A stretch of 63,992 nucleotides of DNA, filler included, from Licmophora abbreviata (Eukaryota), in assembly GCA_900291995.1 (NCBI GenBank). It is 13 parts of 13 records of this genome, joined end to end, with 100 filler letters (N's around TTAATTAATTAA, not from the genome) between each part and the next. Parts side by side here need not be neighbours in the genome. Positions count along the whole stretch, not along the records: positions 21,055 to 22,815 come from OLMU01004405.1; positions 22,916 to 24,209 come from OLMU01004407.1; positions 24,310 to 25,726 come from OLMU01004408.1; positions 25,827 to 27,328 come from OLMU01004410.1; positions 27,429 to 39,919 come from OLMU01004411.1; 8 more parts are not named here. The stretch is one strand, 5' to 3'. The position numbers and the translations under genes are program-made. Under the pieces are notes generated by a model. The model did no database searches and was not told where the DNA came from. It saw nothing but the letters and a program-made list of their open reading frames with translations. Positions 22,264 to 34,205 of the stretch are shown one piece after another; position 1 is the first letter of the stretch; each line of letters starts with the position of its first letter.

Positions 22264-25200
22264 TTACAGTACCAAGACAACTCTTCCACATCCACATTTC
22301 AGTACAAAAGCTGATTGACTATCTCTGTACCCAGGGATAGTTCCTGAGCTGACCACGGCCCCAGTGTCTCTGCCTGCCCTTAGATCTCTATTGATTCGAT
22401 TTGATTCAAACCAGGTACTCCCCAGTCCTTCAAAACACCCAGAAACAGGATTGGTCGCTTGGGGACTCCAGAAACTCAGGACCTTCAATGCACACATTTG
22501 CCTCACTTCGAAATCGATCTCTGTCCACATGATTGTGAAAGCGCTCCTGTACCTAGTACGATTTGGTAGAATAGGCCAGGAAGTCTGTTAGAAGATAGCA
22601 GAATCGATGATAATTTTGTCCAATTTAGATTGAGCTACCTAGCTGCAGTGGATCCAGTCAGCCGTAACGGTTGACTTCTCCCATCGGTCTCTGTTATGTT
22701 CAACATGTTCAACAGTTCGCCCTTCTATACTGAACCAGGGCCAAGGGCCAAGTATGAAGTCAGGTGAAAGAGTCACCCGGGGCTCGCAAGCCCATAATGG
22801 TCCTCAAATAAAAGANNNNNNNNNNNNNNNNNNNNNNNNNNNNNNNNNNNNNNNNNNNNTTAATTAATTAANNNNNNNNNNNNNNNNNNNNNNNNNNNNN
22901 NNNNNNNNNNNNNNNGCTCTTCTTTCTTTCCCCAAACATGATATCCACTTCTTTCATCTCAGATTACCAGAATATGTGCAAGTACCGGTATCTAGATGCA
23001 CAATCTTGATAGGAATGGTCACAAAATTTGCATCAAATGTGCCAAACGAAAACGCCTGAAAGTGTAAATAAAATTCACAGGACCAAGCATGAATGCAAGT
23101 ACGAGTATGAGTGAGATTGCAAAGAGCATTCTTTTTCCTCGTACAGAGCTTTGCCCCACTTCCGTGGAATAAGTCGGTTATTATTCCGGATGCACCTCGC
23201 CTTGTAGACAGGTAGCGCCGGGCAATGTTTTGATATCCACAGCCTGTAATTCCAGTAACTTTGCCCTGTCAGACACTGCTGGAGCTCCTTCTACGCTGTT
23301 GGCACATCGTTGTAGTCAGTCAGTCCATGGAGAGAGTAAATGCTGCTCTACGGGCCGTCGTTGCATGCACCTGTCAGGAGTAATTCCATTACTTCCCTTA
23401 AATTTTCTTAACTCAGGATCCGTCGTACATTTTGGTGACGTTTTTATGCCTGCAACAGTGTTGTGATATTTTTTCGAGGATTCAATTGCTGCCTAAGCGC
23501 CTAGATTTGACCGAACCAAATTATGAAGCTAATTTCTCATCGTGAGAACTTACTGTGGCACAAAGACAAATTTCTAATTTGGACGAACCTTTTCGAGCCA
23601 GCCCCTGGGAGCTAAGGGCAGGGGTTCGCTAGTAACGAGTGCATGAGATGGAGTTTTCCAGTTTTATTTGAGATACGGTGACAGCGAGCTGGGCGCTGTC
23701 ATTGGAGTGTGAATAAAAGGAAAAGAGCAAGAACAGATGTAGAGGGACTGCAAGCAGATGCTGACTGACTGCACATTACCTGAGGCCGGGAAGGAACATT
23801 CAGCAGCAAGAACAAAAGGTACTCTCATTTCTCGGTGAGCACCTACCGACCGGTACGGGTAAGAAAAAGAAAAAACCTTCAAGAATTGAAAAGCTCTGGT
23901 GCTTGATGGACACTATCCTCCATTTATAGAGTGAGTAGCTCATTTTTCATTTTCTCTATTTCTCTCGTCGGGCTGCTGTAGCCTGCCGCTAAGCTCATCT
24001 AACATTCATTGGCTGTACTCGTACATAAACAACATACCGGGAGCTTCGAATATGGTGAGGGATTTTGGGATTGTGAGCCAAAGCAGCTGGTGGAGGCCTC
24101 ATTCCACGTTTTGTCAAGCGTTTGAGTGCACCAGGTGCAGCGTTGGGGCATCCCCTGGGCCTGTGGCTTCGTATCGGAACAATGCGAATTCCTAATACCA
24201 CCCATGGATNNNNNNNNNNNNNNNNNNNNNNNNNNNNNNNNNNNNNNNNNNNNTTAATTAATTAANNNNNNNNNNNNNNNNNNNNNNNNNNNNNNNNNNN
24301 NNNNNNNNNCAGGGTCGTTGTCGAGCAATGATGCTTGTTGATTCTCTTCCCAAAAGAGTTGCGATGCCTGAATTGCAGCTTCTAACGCTGGAGAACTGAA
24401 ATGAAGAGTCCCCTCAATGACACCAGAAACAATCGAAACAAACTGCTTGGGGCCTTCTAAGTCAAAGTCCTTGTAGGAAGGAATGACTCCGGTGTACTTG
24501 CCTTGAGATAGCGGGGATGGAAGGTACAAGCAGCAGGGGTCGGCGAGCTGGCAAGGTAATCCCAAAGTACAGAAATAAAATCTCGACTAAAGTGCCACAA
24601 CCAGCAACATTGAATCTAAACCAAGAACAAAACAAAGAACAAAAACAGCAGTTTGAAACAGAATACAGTACAAAATAAGCAAGGAATCAAAACAAAGAAT
24701 GCAATGCAGCAAGACAGAAAGCTTACTGACTGGCTTTAGCAAGGGAGGGATTTCTTTCCTTGTTGGGGTTGGGGCCATGAACAGTCAAGACCTCCAACAT
24801 CAAAGTGACAACCTTAGAATAGAAAACCAAGCCAATCTTGTTATAAGTGGAACGTCCAGACAAGAAAGCAGACCATGTATTCAGAGTCCTCATCTTAGCT
24901 TTAACTAATGTAGGGACAGACACGGAAGACAAAACAACAGCCAAAGCCATGAAGCCAGTCAAGGTCATGCAAATTCCCAGCCGTCACACTGTAAGAGCTG
25001 TAAGAGGGTTCACCAAGAAAGCTTTCCAGCGTGTGAAGATGCGGTTCATGGAAGAGAACAAGGAGAAGAAACTGCAAAGCAACAAGCAAAGGTCTAGGGA
25101 ATCCTTCCACGGTTTTGGGAGGCTTGGCCCAGCGCGCCCTTTGGGCAAGTGGGAGTCCTTGCCAAACGTGGAGACCATCCGCTGGCTGTGTCATCTCCAC

Positions 25201-26520
25201 AACAGAAAGGGACTTTGTTTGTTTCCGGTAACCCTCCAAGTGACGGGACAAAAATCCATCCCGCAAGAGAGCAGGACCAACATTAGATATGGCGCGCTGG
25301 CTGTACTCAACAAATGAGTTGTCGCTTGACTGAACACCATATTTCTCTAGAAGAAAAGAGTGCATCTGCAGGGACTCAACATTCCTGGAACACAGAGCCT
25401 CCTGAGCTGTTTCCAAAGTATTATGAAACGTGTAGGCCTTGGTGTTGGCTTTCAAGATTTTGGCACTCCAGGGCTGCAGGTTACAAGGATTGGCAAGACT
25501 CAAGCAAAACACCATCCGCGACCCAGACAAAGATGCAACATCCAACTGAACATTCGAAACAAGGCGACTGGACACAGGAACCGACAAAAAGGGGAACAGA
25601 AGCGTTGGGTGCAAAACCATGTGCAAAAGAAAGAGAACAACAGATCCGGTGCTGGCCTTCGAAGACAGCAAGGTACAGACCCACAAATCTGTTGAAGAAC
25701 TGTTTAAAGTCACGTCAAACAGACTCNNNNNNNNNNNNNNNNNNNNNNNNNNNNNNNNNNNNNNNNNNNNTTAATTAATTAANNNNNNNNNNNNNNNNNN
25801 NNNNNNNNNNNNNNNNNNNNNNNNNNCACTGCATGATGCGGATGACACAAGGGCAAGGGAAGGCCGGATGCATTATCATGATATATCTCTCTGAAGAAGA
25901 CAACTACACACAACAAGATCCGCATCCTATTGACAGACAAAAAATAACTGCTGAATGCTCCTGATCCCCACTCAACAAGCCTGGATAGATAACACACACT
26001 TGCATGCACATCACAAAGGAAGGAACACCTCACACATGGTGGCAGGCTCCAGCTCTACTGAGCCCCACCAACAAGATAGCAGACAGGGACGGAAAGCAGG
26101 ACAGGTGAGTACAATAGACGGCTATCTTACTAGCCGGACAGCCACAATCAACAAAGATAAGAGACCAAACAGAGGCACACAAGTGAACAAGCTAAGGTTC
26201 AATGGTTCTCTTTGTTGTGTTCCGGCAAAGGCCAAGGACAGCCATGACTCAGTGATGGGGAACTGAGAGCACAGAGGATTTGTTGCTTCTTGTTGGTGGG
26301 TGTGGCTACTGGTACTAGCTAGCTAGCTGTACTTGCCGGCTTGGGGCTGCTCACCAGGCAGCCGCCAGCAGAGTAAGCCAACAATAGCACTGCTGGGTGG
26401 CTGCCCACATTTTTCAACTCTTTTCAGATTCATTTCAAGACTCTCAAGTTGTATGGCACTTCAGTAGTACGTCATAGAGAACCTCTTCAGAGGAATAGAC
26501 CCTATCTTACAGATTTGTTG
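22264..26520. repeat. Gene-poor, CpG-depleted, gap-rich region; probable decayed repeat/transposon sequence
   Basis: Three spacers lie within 3 kb, only short or broken ORFs are present, and CG dinucleotides are visibly few. No diagnostic transposase or RT motif was recognised. Confidence 0.4.
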
Positions 26521-26735
26521 CATTATGAGGGTCCATTACCTCACGGACATGGGGTTGATGGAGGCTTTTCTTGCTTGGCGCCGAAGTGCCGGAAACTCGT
26601 CGAGACACAACTTTGGCAAATTTGAGGGCAGACGGACAGACTACCGACGTCTGGCAGTCATCCAGTGGAGCTCAGATGGACGATGCGCCGAGCGCCCGAT
26701 CATCGCACGATCATCACGGCTCAGCATCAGTCACC

Positions 26736-27328
26736 ATGGCGACGCTTTCAAGCGCCAAGCGCCCTTCAACTGGCCAATCGCCCTCATCTGTCAAGCCGTC
26801 GCTCCTTTGTAACCACTGTCGAAAGCCACTACAGACGACATGCTTCCTGTGCGCCTGTGACTGTATTTTCTGCGAAGGTACGTCTGCACTCCAATGACCA
26901 ATGACGAGCTCCTCTCCTTTCATAGGTGCTTCCAGCATGAATGAAGCGACTCCACTCCATGACGACGGTGTGCGAGATTACCTCCAGGTTTCTCATAGTG
27001 AATTACTGAGACAAGGGTGGGTTGCGATCTTTCGATCTTTTTCCCAGCTTTTTCCTCATTCAGTATCTTTTCGTCCCGCTGTCACCTTTCTCTCGTGTCT
27101 CGTGTTCTGTCGACACACGCCATAGAATGCACGTACTCTCACTTCGAAAAGAGTTCTTCCTGTCCCTCGTGTGGAGACACGCTGACAGAGAAAGACTTTA
27201 CCGAGCTTGTTGTAGCGGACTCAACGAGCTCTTCAGCAGAAATGATGAAGACGAGCCTGCAGGGGCTGTTCACGAGAAAGTCATCGTCGACGACCCTACC
27301 TTTTGCCGATCTCTGCTACAGCGTCATC
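26736..27328 (+). CDS. RING-finger protein, HEI10/CCNB1IP1 (Zip3 family)-like; intron 26878-27125; 3' end lost in gap
   Basis: Spliced product LLCNHCRKPLQTTCFLCACDCIFCEECTYSHFEKSSSCPSCGDTLTEKDF matches the HEI10 pattern (LxCN..CR..L....TxCxHIFC...F....CPxC...L). Confidence 0.65.
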
Positions 27329-27777
27329 NNNNNNNNNNNNNNNNNNNNNNNNNNNNNNNNNNNNNNNNNNNNTTAATTAATTAANNNNNNNNNNNNNNNN
27401 NNNNNNNNNNNNNNNNNNNNNNNNNNNNTATACCATCGGGGGGGGGAAGGGAGGGGGGACCTGGCATTCTGAGCCGTTAGGCTATTTCTCGGACTGCAGC
27501 AACATTCTATGATTTGACCCAGAACTTTACTTTTACATACGGTAATAACACTCCTATACTCCAAAGTCCTGCGGTGAGATAATGTAGCATTAGACGAGAA
27601 CAACCCAACTGTGTCGCCCGAATCGCTCACAAAATAACTACAAACTTGGCTCAGCGAGATCGAGGGCAAACATATCGTAAGACACCTCTGACATGGCCGA
27701 CCTGCGGGAGAAGGGAGAACGAGAAGAATGTGAGCATCCCAACATAGATTCACAATCAGACAAGTGCACAAAACAAC

Positions 27778-29252
27778 TTACCGGAGGCTTTGGTCATCGG
27801 TCAGCATTGCTTGACTGCTGGTGCTCCCCCCACTTCCACTATTCTCTGACAATCTTGACATCAAATACGGATTCATCCAAGACGAATCCGACCCAATTGA
27901 CATGACGGACGATAAGCGCGATCGCTGGGACCCAGCAGAAGCCATCGACATCCCACTCGCGCCTGACTGTGTCCTCGCCCGTGTGGGGGCGTGAGCATGG
28001 AACGGATCACGGCCTCGCAAAGCCGCCGAGAGGGCCCGTCCTGAGGAGCCAGACGACGAGGATGACTTCGTTGCTGCGGTTTGAGTCGAAGCTCCAATGG
28101 TCCCCTCCAATGCACCCATGACATTTATCTCTTCAGAAATTATTGCTGCATAAGAGGCGTCCGTCAAATCCGGATTGCTGAAAGATCGCGAGAGGCCATA
28201 CGGGCTACGGAGCGTCAAGTCACTCAGCTGACTTAAACGCAGGCTAGCAGTTCGCTCTGAGGCCCCGCGAAAGCCACTTGTGTTCGCCCCTGAAAAACCG
28301 CTCAGTCCAGAAATGGTCGAAACTGTCCCAGCCGATCCTGACGATCTTTCCGTGGGTGTGAACTGTCTTCCAAAGGCGATTTGGCTCGCAGGGGGGACCA
28401 AAGCAGGATGCCCAGCAGTTCCTGGCAATTTCATTGCTTCCCGCGCCTTCGAAGACATAACACTAGACCTAACGGGTCCTCCCTGATTATAAAACTGAGT
28501 TGGCACCTTGTATGTTGGGGGAGAGGGAGCGTTCGCACCAGTTTGTGGAGGAAGAGTCCCATAGGGGCCCTGAGGCGGAAGCCCCGCGTAAGTCGAGCCT
28601 GGTTGGGGAGGATACGGCTGATAGGGGGGCAGTTGCTGAGCCGAAGTCGAGTTTGGGATCGGAACTGCGATAGCAGATCCCCGATTGGTGTCGAATCCGG
28701 GAGCTGGTGCTGAAGGAGCTGCGGCCGAAGGAGCTGCTACTGGCTTCTTCTGATCTTCATCGCCCGAAGAGACTTCATCCAACTCTTCGCGGATGCCCTG
28801 GGCATCTTCTCTCAATGCTTGACCTGCCTTCTTGATCGCTTTCGCATCTCCAATGTCATACCAAAAGCCGTCGCTGGCCTCCTCCTTGAGGAAGCGTCCG
28901 GGTGGGTTCATGGTTCGGATATCCTCAACAATCTTGGCGGCTATGTGCGCCTTTGCCAATTTCTTTGTATTTTTAGAAAGATAGTCCTTCTTACGATGAT
29001 TGACTATGTTGCGAAACTGAATGTTGCCCTAAACAGAATAAGAAAAGGCGATTGATTTGAGCAAGAAATGAAGAAATGACAAGGCGAGACGTTACTTCAA
29101 AATCTGTCCTGTGAGTATCGTACCTCATGAGAATTGATGCGTCCACCTCTTCCACAAAGGACGTCATTCCGATTTGGTTCATCGATGGGCCCGATCCCCT
29201 TTGGAGGGACATGAACCGCGGGTCGGGGCTGGGCTGTAGACTTTCTACCCAT
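27778..29252 (-). CDS. DUF6824-domain protein; intron 29123-29029
   Basis: PNRNDVLCGRGGRINSHE|GNIQFR..K..IAAKIVEDIR..PPGRFLK..WYDIGDAKAIKKAGQALRE is the diatom-expanded DUF6824 signature. A Pro/Ser-rich tail follows. Alternative start at 29324. Confidence 0.85.
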
Positions 29253-30221
29253 GCCTAAGAAGGACTCGCCAAATGATTGAACTACGAGGCCAGCAGCTTG
29301 TCGTCTCTGACGCTTTCTGTACATGCGCTGAAACTAAATTGAAATACCCCGGATGAGCCTGGTCAAAATGGCAGGCCCGAGCTTATTTGCTGGGTGAACC
29401 TTAAATTTGAAAGAGGCGCTGTGGGTGAGAAGATGGAATTTTGCTTGTCGCACCTCGGGAAGTCACTCGAAAGACATAATTCTACTCCTTTGCTGGCAAA
29501 CAACAGCGCAGCATCCGCACGCACAGAATTCTTGACACAACGCCAAACACTCCCCAGCGACGCGACAATGAAACAAGATGAAGATGCCAAGTTCTCAAGC
29601 TCGTCAACTCTCTGTGAATTGCCCCAAGTCTTGGCACGAGCCAGGGTTCACCAGGACCTGATAACAGGGAATTCATTCGAGTAGCTCTATGCCTTTCAAC
29701 CAGACGCATCATATTTCCATCTCACTGGCTCACCTCACAAGATTGATACGAGAGGCTTAAGGCTACACAAGGTGCGAAAGACGGAAGGGTTTGCTTTTGT
29801 ATGGGTAGAGTGGAGAATGGAACTACACTAACAACACTCCAATCGCGGCCGCAGGCAGCGCAAGAACCAATCGACTGTGGTGCACAGACCTATGTCCGTC
29901 GGTCATTATTATTCAGGCGAAGAGAGAGTACAATTAGCTGGTACGAGTACACAGCCGCACTCACACACTGGCAGTCTGTCAGGCTTCCGACTTTTCAGAT
30001 GCGAACCAATCATTCCCATCTACGTAGAGTCTACGGTGTTCACAGTACTCATACTATACTCGATGTGTCGAGGGGAAAGTGAGAGTGCTGGGGCTGGGAC
30101 ACCGTGATGACGACGACGTGCATCTTTGCCATCACTCTTGGACTCGACTCGACTCTGGCCTCGTTTGGCTGCAGCGAACCGCAAGCTCTCTCCAACTTCG
30201 TCTCGTGAGCCCCTTAGAGCC

Positions 30222-31945
30222 ATGATTTCCAACACCTCAGAAGTGCCTACCCTCGCTGGAGGGTTCATTGACGTGGATATGGTGAAACGCCCCACTGAAG
30301 TCCGCCAACGTCGATCCAAGATCATTTGTACCCTTGGACCTGCTTGCTGGGACGTTCCTCAGCTCGAGATGCTCATCGACGCCGGTATGAATGTTGCACG
30401 TCTCAACTTCTCTCACGGTGACCACGACGGACACTTGGCTTGCCTCAACCGCCTGCGTGAGGCCGCGAGCAACAAGAATCGAAACATTGGTACGTCAAGG
30501 CTCGAATTTCAATTGTACGTTAGCTCGACCCCCGTACCGGTCGACTCAGTCCAATGGCTAACCACTCGTCGGCGCACTCAATCACGTACACAGCGGTTCT
30601 TCTCGACACTAAGGGCCCGGAGATCCGCTCTGGATTCTTCGCTGATGGTGCTAAAAAGGTCGACCTGGTCAAGGGCGAGACACTCATTCTCACTGGGGAT
30701 TACGCCTTCAAGGGCAACTCCCACAAGCTAGCTTGCTCGTATCCTTCACTCGCCGTGTCGGTCAATCCAGGCCAACAGATTCTGGTCGCCGATGGGTCGT
30801 TGGTGCTGACTGTCCTCTCGACGGATGCGAGCGCTGGTGAAGTCGCCTGCCGTATCGAGAACAACTGCTCGATTGGAGAGCGCAAGAACATGAACCTCCC
30901 TGGCGTCGTCGTCGACCTTCCCACTTTCACCGAAAAAGACGTCAATGATATTGTCAACTTTGGAATCAAACATGACGTCGACTTCATCGCTGCTTCCTTC
31001 GTCCGCAAGGCTTCCGACGTTCGCAACCTTCGTCAGCTCCTCGCTGAGAATGGAGGGCAGAAGATCAAGATCATCTGCAAGATTGAGAACCAAGAAGGAC
31101 TGGAGAACTACCCCAGTATTCTCGAAGCCACCGACGCCATCATGGTAGCCCGTGGCGATCTAGGAATGGAAATCCCGCCGAGCAAGGTCTTTTTGGCACA
31201 GAAGATGATGATTCGCGAAGCGAACATTGCCGGAAAGCCTGTCATCACGGCCACGCAGATGTTGGAGAGTATGATCAGCAACCCTCGCCCCACTCGTGCC
31301 GAGTGCTCCGATGTCGCCAATGCTATTTATGACGGGACGGACTCTGTGATGCTCTCCGGAGAGACAGCGAATGGCCCGTACTTTGAGCAAGCATGCCGTG
31401 TTATGTCGCGGACATGTGCCGAGGCTGAGAGCAGCCGAAACTACAACGAGTTGTTTCAGAGCATTAGGAACAGCGTGGTCGTTCGTTACAAGTTGAATCC
31501 TGGCGAATCCCTTGCTTCATCGGCTGTCAAGACCGCCATTGATGTCAAGGCCAGGTTTATGGTGGTCATGAGCGAAAGCGGAACGACGGCCCGCTACGTT
31601 GCCAAGTATCGCCCGCCGTGTCTCGTCATCTGCCTCACTCCCGATCCCACCATCGCCCGTCAGTCTAGCGGACTTCTCAAGGGCGTGCACTCCTTCGTCG
31701 TCAACTCCCTCGAAGACACCAATGGTCTCGTGAACGCCGTGTCGAACCAGGCAATCAAGTTCGGTTTGGCAGAGGAAGGCGACAAGATCTGCATCGTCTG
31801 TGGAAGGACGTATGGTCGAGGAGCCAATGATCAGGTCAAGGTAGAGGTGGTCCATCGGTACAGTCAAGATCTGGAGGGGGAATCTGATGCTCCTGGTCAC
31901 TTGAAGGCAGGAATCAGCTTTCCGGTGAGCCCTATCAGGAAGTAG
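30222..31945 (+). CDS. PK: Pyruvate kinase (probably cytosolic); intron 30490-30593
   Basis: Contains [52 protein letters not shown] and [10 protein letters not shown]. No obvious presequence. Confidence 0.96.
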
Positions 31946-32153
31946 GATTGTATACAGTAGAGTTTTCTGTACTCGCGCGGCTGTGTCATGGTTCGCCACG
32001 GCCGCCCATGCGATAAAGCTAGCTACGATCGTAGAAACAAATGAATAGCAACGTGCAAAAGTGCTACAGCGCCATACTTGACACTTAGTGCACTCTCAAC
32101 TGAATAACGAACACAGGATCAACTTCTCTCTATGTCTTTGCCGATGAGCCTTT

Positions 32154-33800
32154 TTAGGCATACTGGATCCTCATCACGTTGGTGGAACCAACACGGGAGG
32201 ATGTACCATGGACGACAACAATCGGCTCGCCCACGGTTGCGACACCTCGGCGCTTGAACCCCTCGATCGTTTCCGAAACAATGGAGTCAGTGGCATCCAA
32301 GGCTGGCAAGATGCGGGCTTCGCATCCCTTGAGGATTCCAAAACACTGACGAGCTACAGTCCCACTGGTTGTCAGTACCATGATGGGGCGGCCAGGACGG
32401 AACTTAGCGATCTGGGTTGCTGTCGCACCGGATTCGGAGCAAACGATAATCGCCTTGGCATCCACGTCAACGGCAGTCTTGACGGCCGATGACGCAATGG
32501 ATTCCGAGGTACTCAGCTTGCCGTGCGCTGAAGGGTGGAGTTTCGAACTGCCTGGAACAAAACGTTCAAGCTTGCAGCAGATTCAGCTTCGACGCAGGTT
32601 TCAGCCATGATGTTGACTGCAGCCGTGGGGTGTTCCCCGTTGGCAGTTTCACCGGAAAGCATGACGCAATCCGTGCCATCGAGAACAGCATTCGCAACGT
32701 CAGAGCATTCAGCACGAGTGGGACGAGGGTTACTGATCATACTCTCCAGCATCTGCGTCGCTGTAATAACAGGCTTGCCGGCAATGTTTGCTTCTCGGAT
32801 CATCATTTTCTGAGCCAAAAAGACCTTTTCGGGCGGGATCTCCATTCCAAGATCACCACGGGCAACCATGATTCCATCAGTTGCCTCGAGAATACCATCG
32901 TAGTTTTCCAAACCCTCAAGATTCTCAATCTTACAAATCACCTTGATATCCTTGTGCTCATCGCCGAGGACCTCACGGATCCTGGTGACATCCGACGCCT
33001 TCCGGACGAATGAGGCAGCGATAAAGTCAACACCATGCTTGCATCCCCAATCTTTAATGTCACCAATGTCCTTCTCTGTCAAAGTCGGAAGATCGACGAT
33101 GACACCAGGAAGGTTCATGTTCTTGCGCTCGCCGATAGCTGCGTTGTTCACGATACGGCAGCTGACCTCACCGGCCGCGTCGTCCGTAGCCAACACAGTC
33201 AAGACCAACGAGCCGTCAGCCACGAGTATCTGCTGTCCAATCTTGACGGAGTTGGGAAGGGAGGGGTAGGAGCAGGCCAACTTCTGAGCGTTCCCCTTGA
33301 ATTCGTAGTCAGTCGTTAGGACAAGAGTCTCCCCCTTGACTAGCTCAATCTTCTTGGCACCATCGGCAAAGAAACCGGAACGGATCTCCGGGCCCTTGGT
33401 GTCAAGCAAAACAGCTGTGGATGGTGTACAGAGATTATGCATGTGAGAGAGCATCGGTGAGTGATGATATTTGCTGCTGATTTTGGTTCCGGTAGTAGGT
33501 AAAAAGATCCGTTACGATTCTACACTCACCGACATGCTTGTTCTTGTTCTTGGCAGCTTCACGCAAGCGGTTGAGGCAGGCCAAGTGTCCTTCGTGGTCG
33601 CCATGAGAAAAGTTGAAACGAGCGACACTCATCCCCGCATCAATGAGTTCCTCGAGCTGGTCGACCTTCCAGCAAGCAGGGCCAAGCGTGCAGACAATCT
33701 TGGTCTGCCTCTTGGTCGGATCTGAAGGTTTTGTCACCTTCTCGAGCGTAATGTTGCCACCGCGAAGCTCTGGGCCGGCGAAAGTACTAGTCATGGGCAT
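32154..33800 (-). CDS. PK: Pyruvate kinase paralog; intron 33529-33415; frameshift near 32525
   Basis: Same PK motifs ([37 protein letters not shown]). The C-terminal domain ([27 protein letters not shown]) continues in another frame after a one-base loss. Confidence 0.94.
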
Positions 33801-34205
33801 GATGGAAACAAGATTTAGAGATAGAGAGAGTAGTCAAACTGGAACTTCAGACACAGGGTCAACAAACAATGATGTCTGTTGTCGTCGAGCTCTATGCTTT
33901 TGCCTTTCCGGAAGATTCGAACTTGCGCCAACTCGACCGCGAGACGCTCGCACGCGAAGAAAGCTGCGGCTGCAAAACTGGTCATGAGTCATACACGGGC
34001 GAAGAACAGATCCTTGACGAGCTCGGGTATTTTGAAACGAGCTCGTAAGAAAGGAACACGTACGCGTATCCACAGACCCTCTGGTACAGTTTCTACGTGA
34101 TGCTACGGTTCGGCTGTGATGCCAAAGTTGAAGGCGTGATGGTATTGCATTTGGAAACGTAACCGGCCGCACCACCGACCACTCAAACCGTTCGTTTGTC
34201 TTCTC

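Noticed and set aside
23585..23630. Short inverted repeat (GCCCCTG..CAGGGGT) that might be an RNA gene or terminal repeat
   Set aside because: The stem is short, with no tRNA cloverleaf, A/B boxes or partner terminus found.
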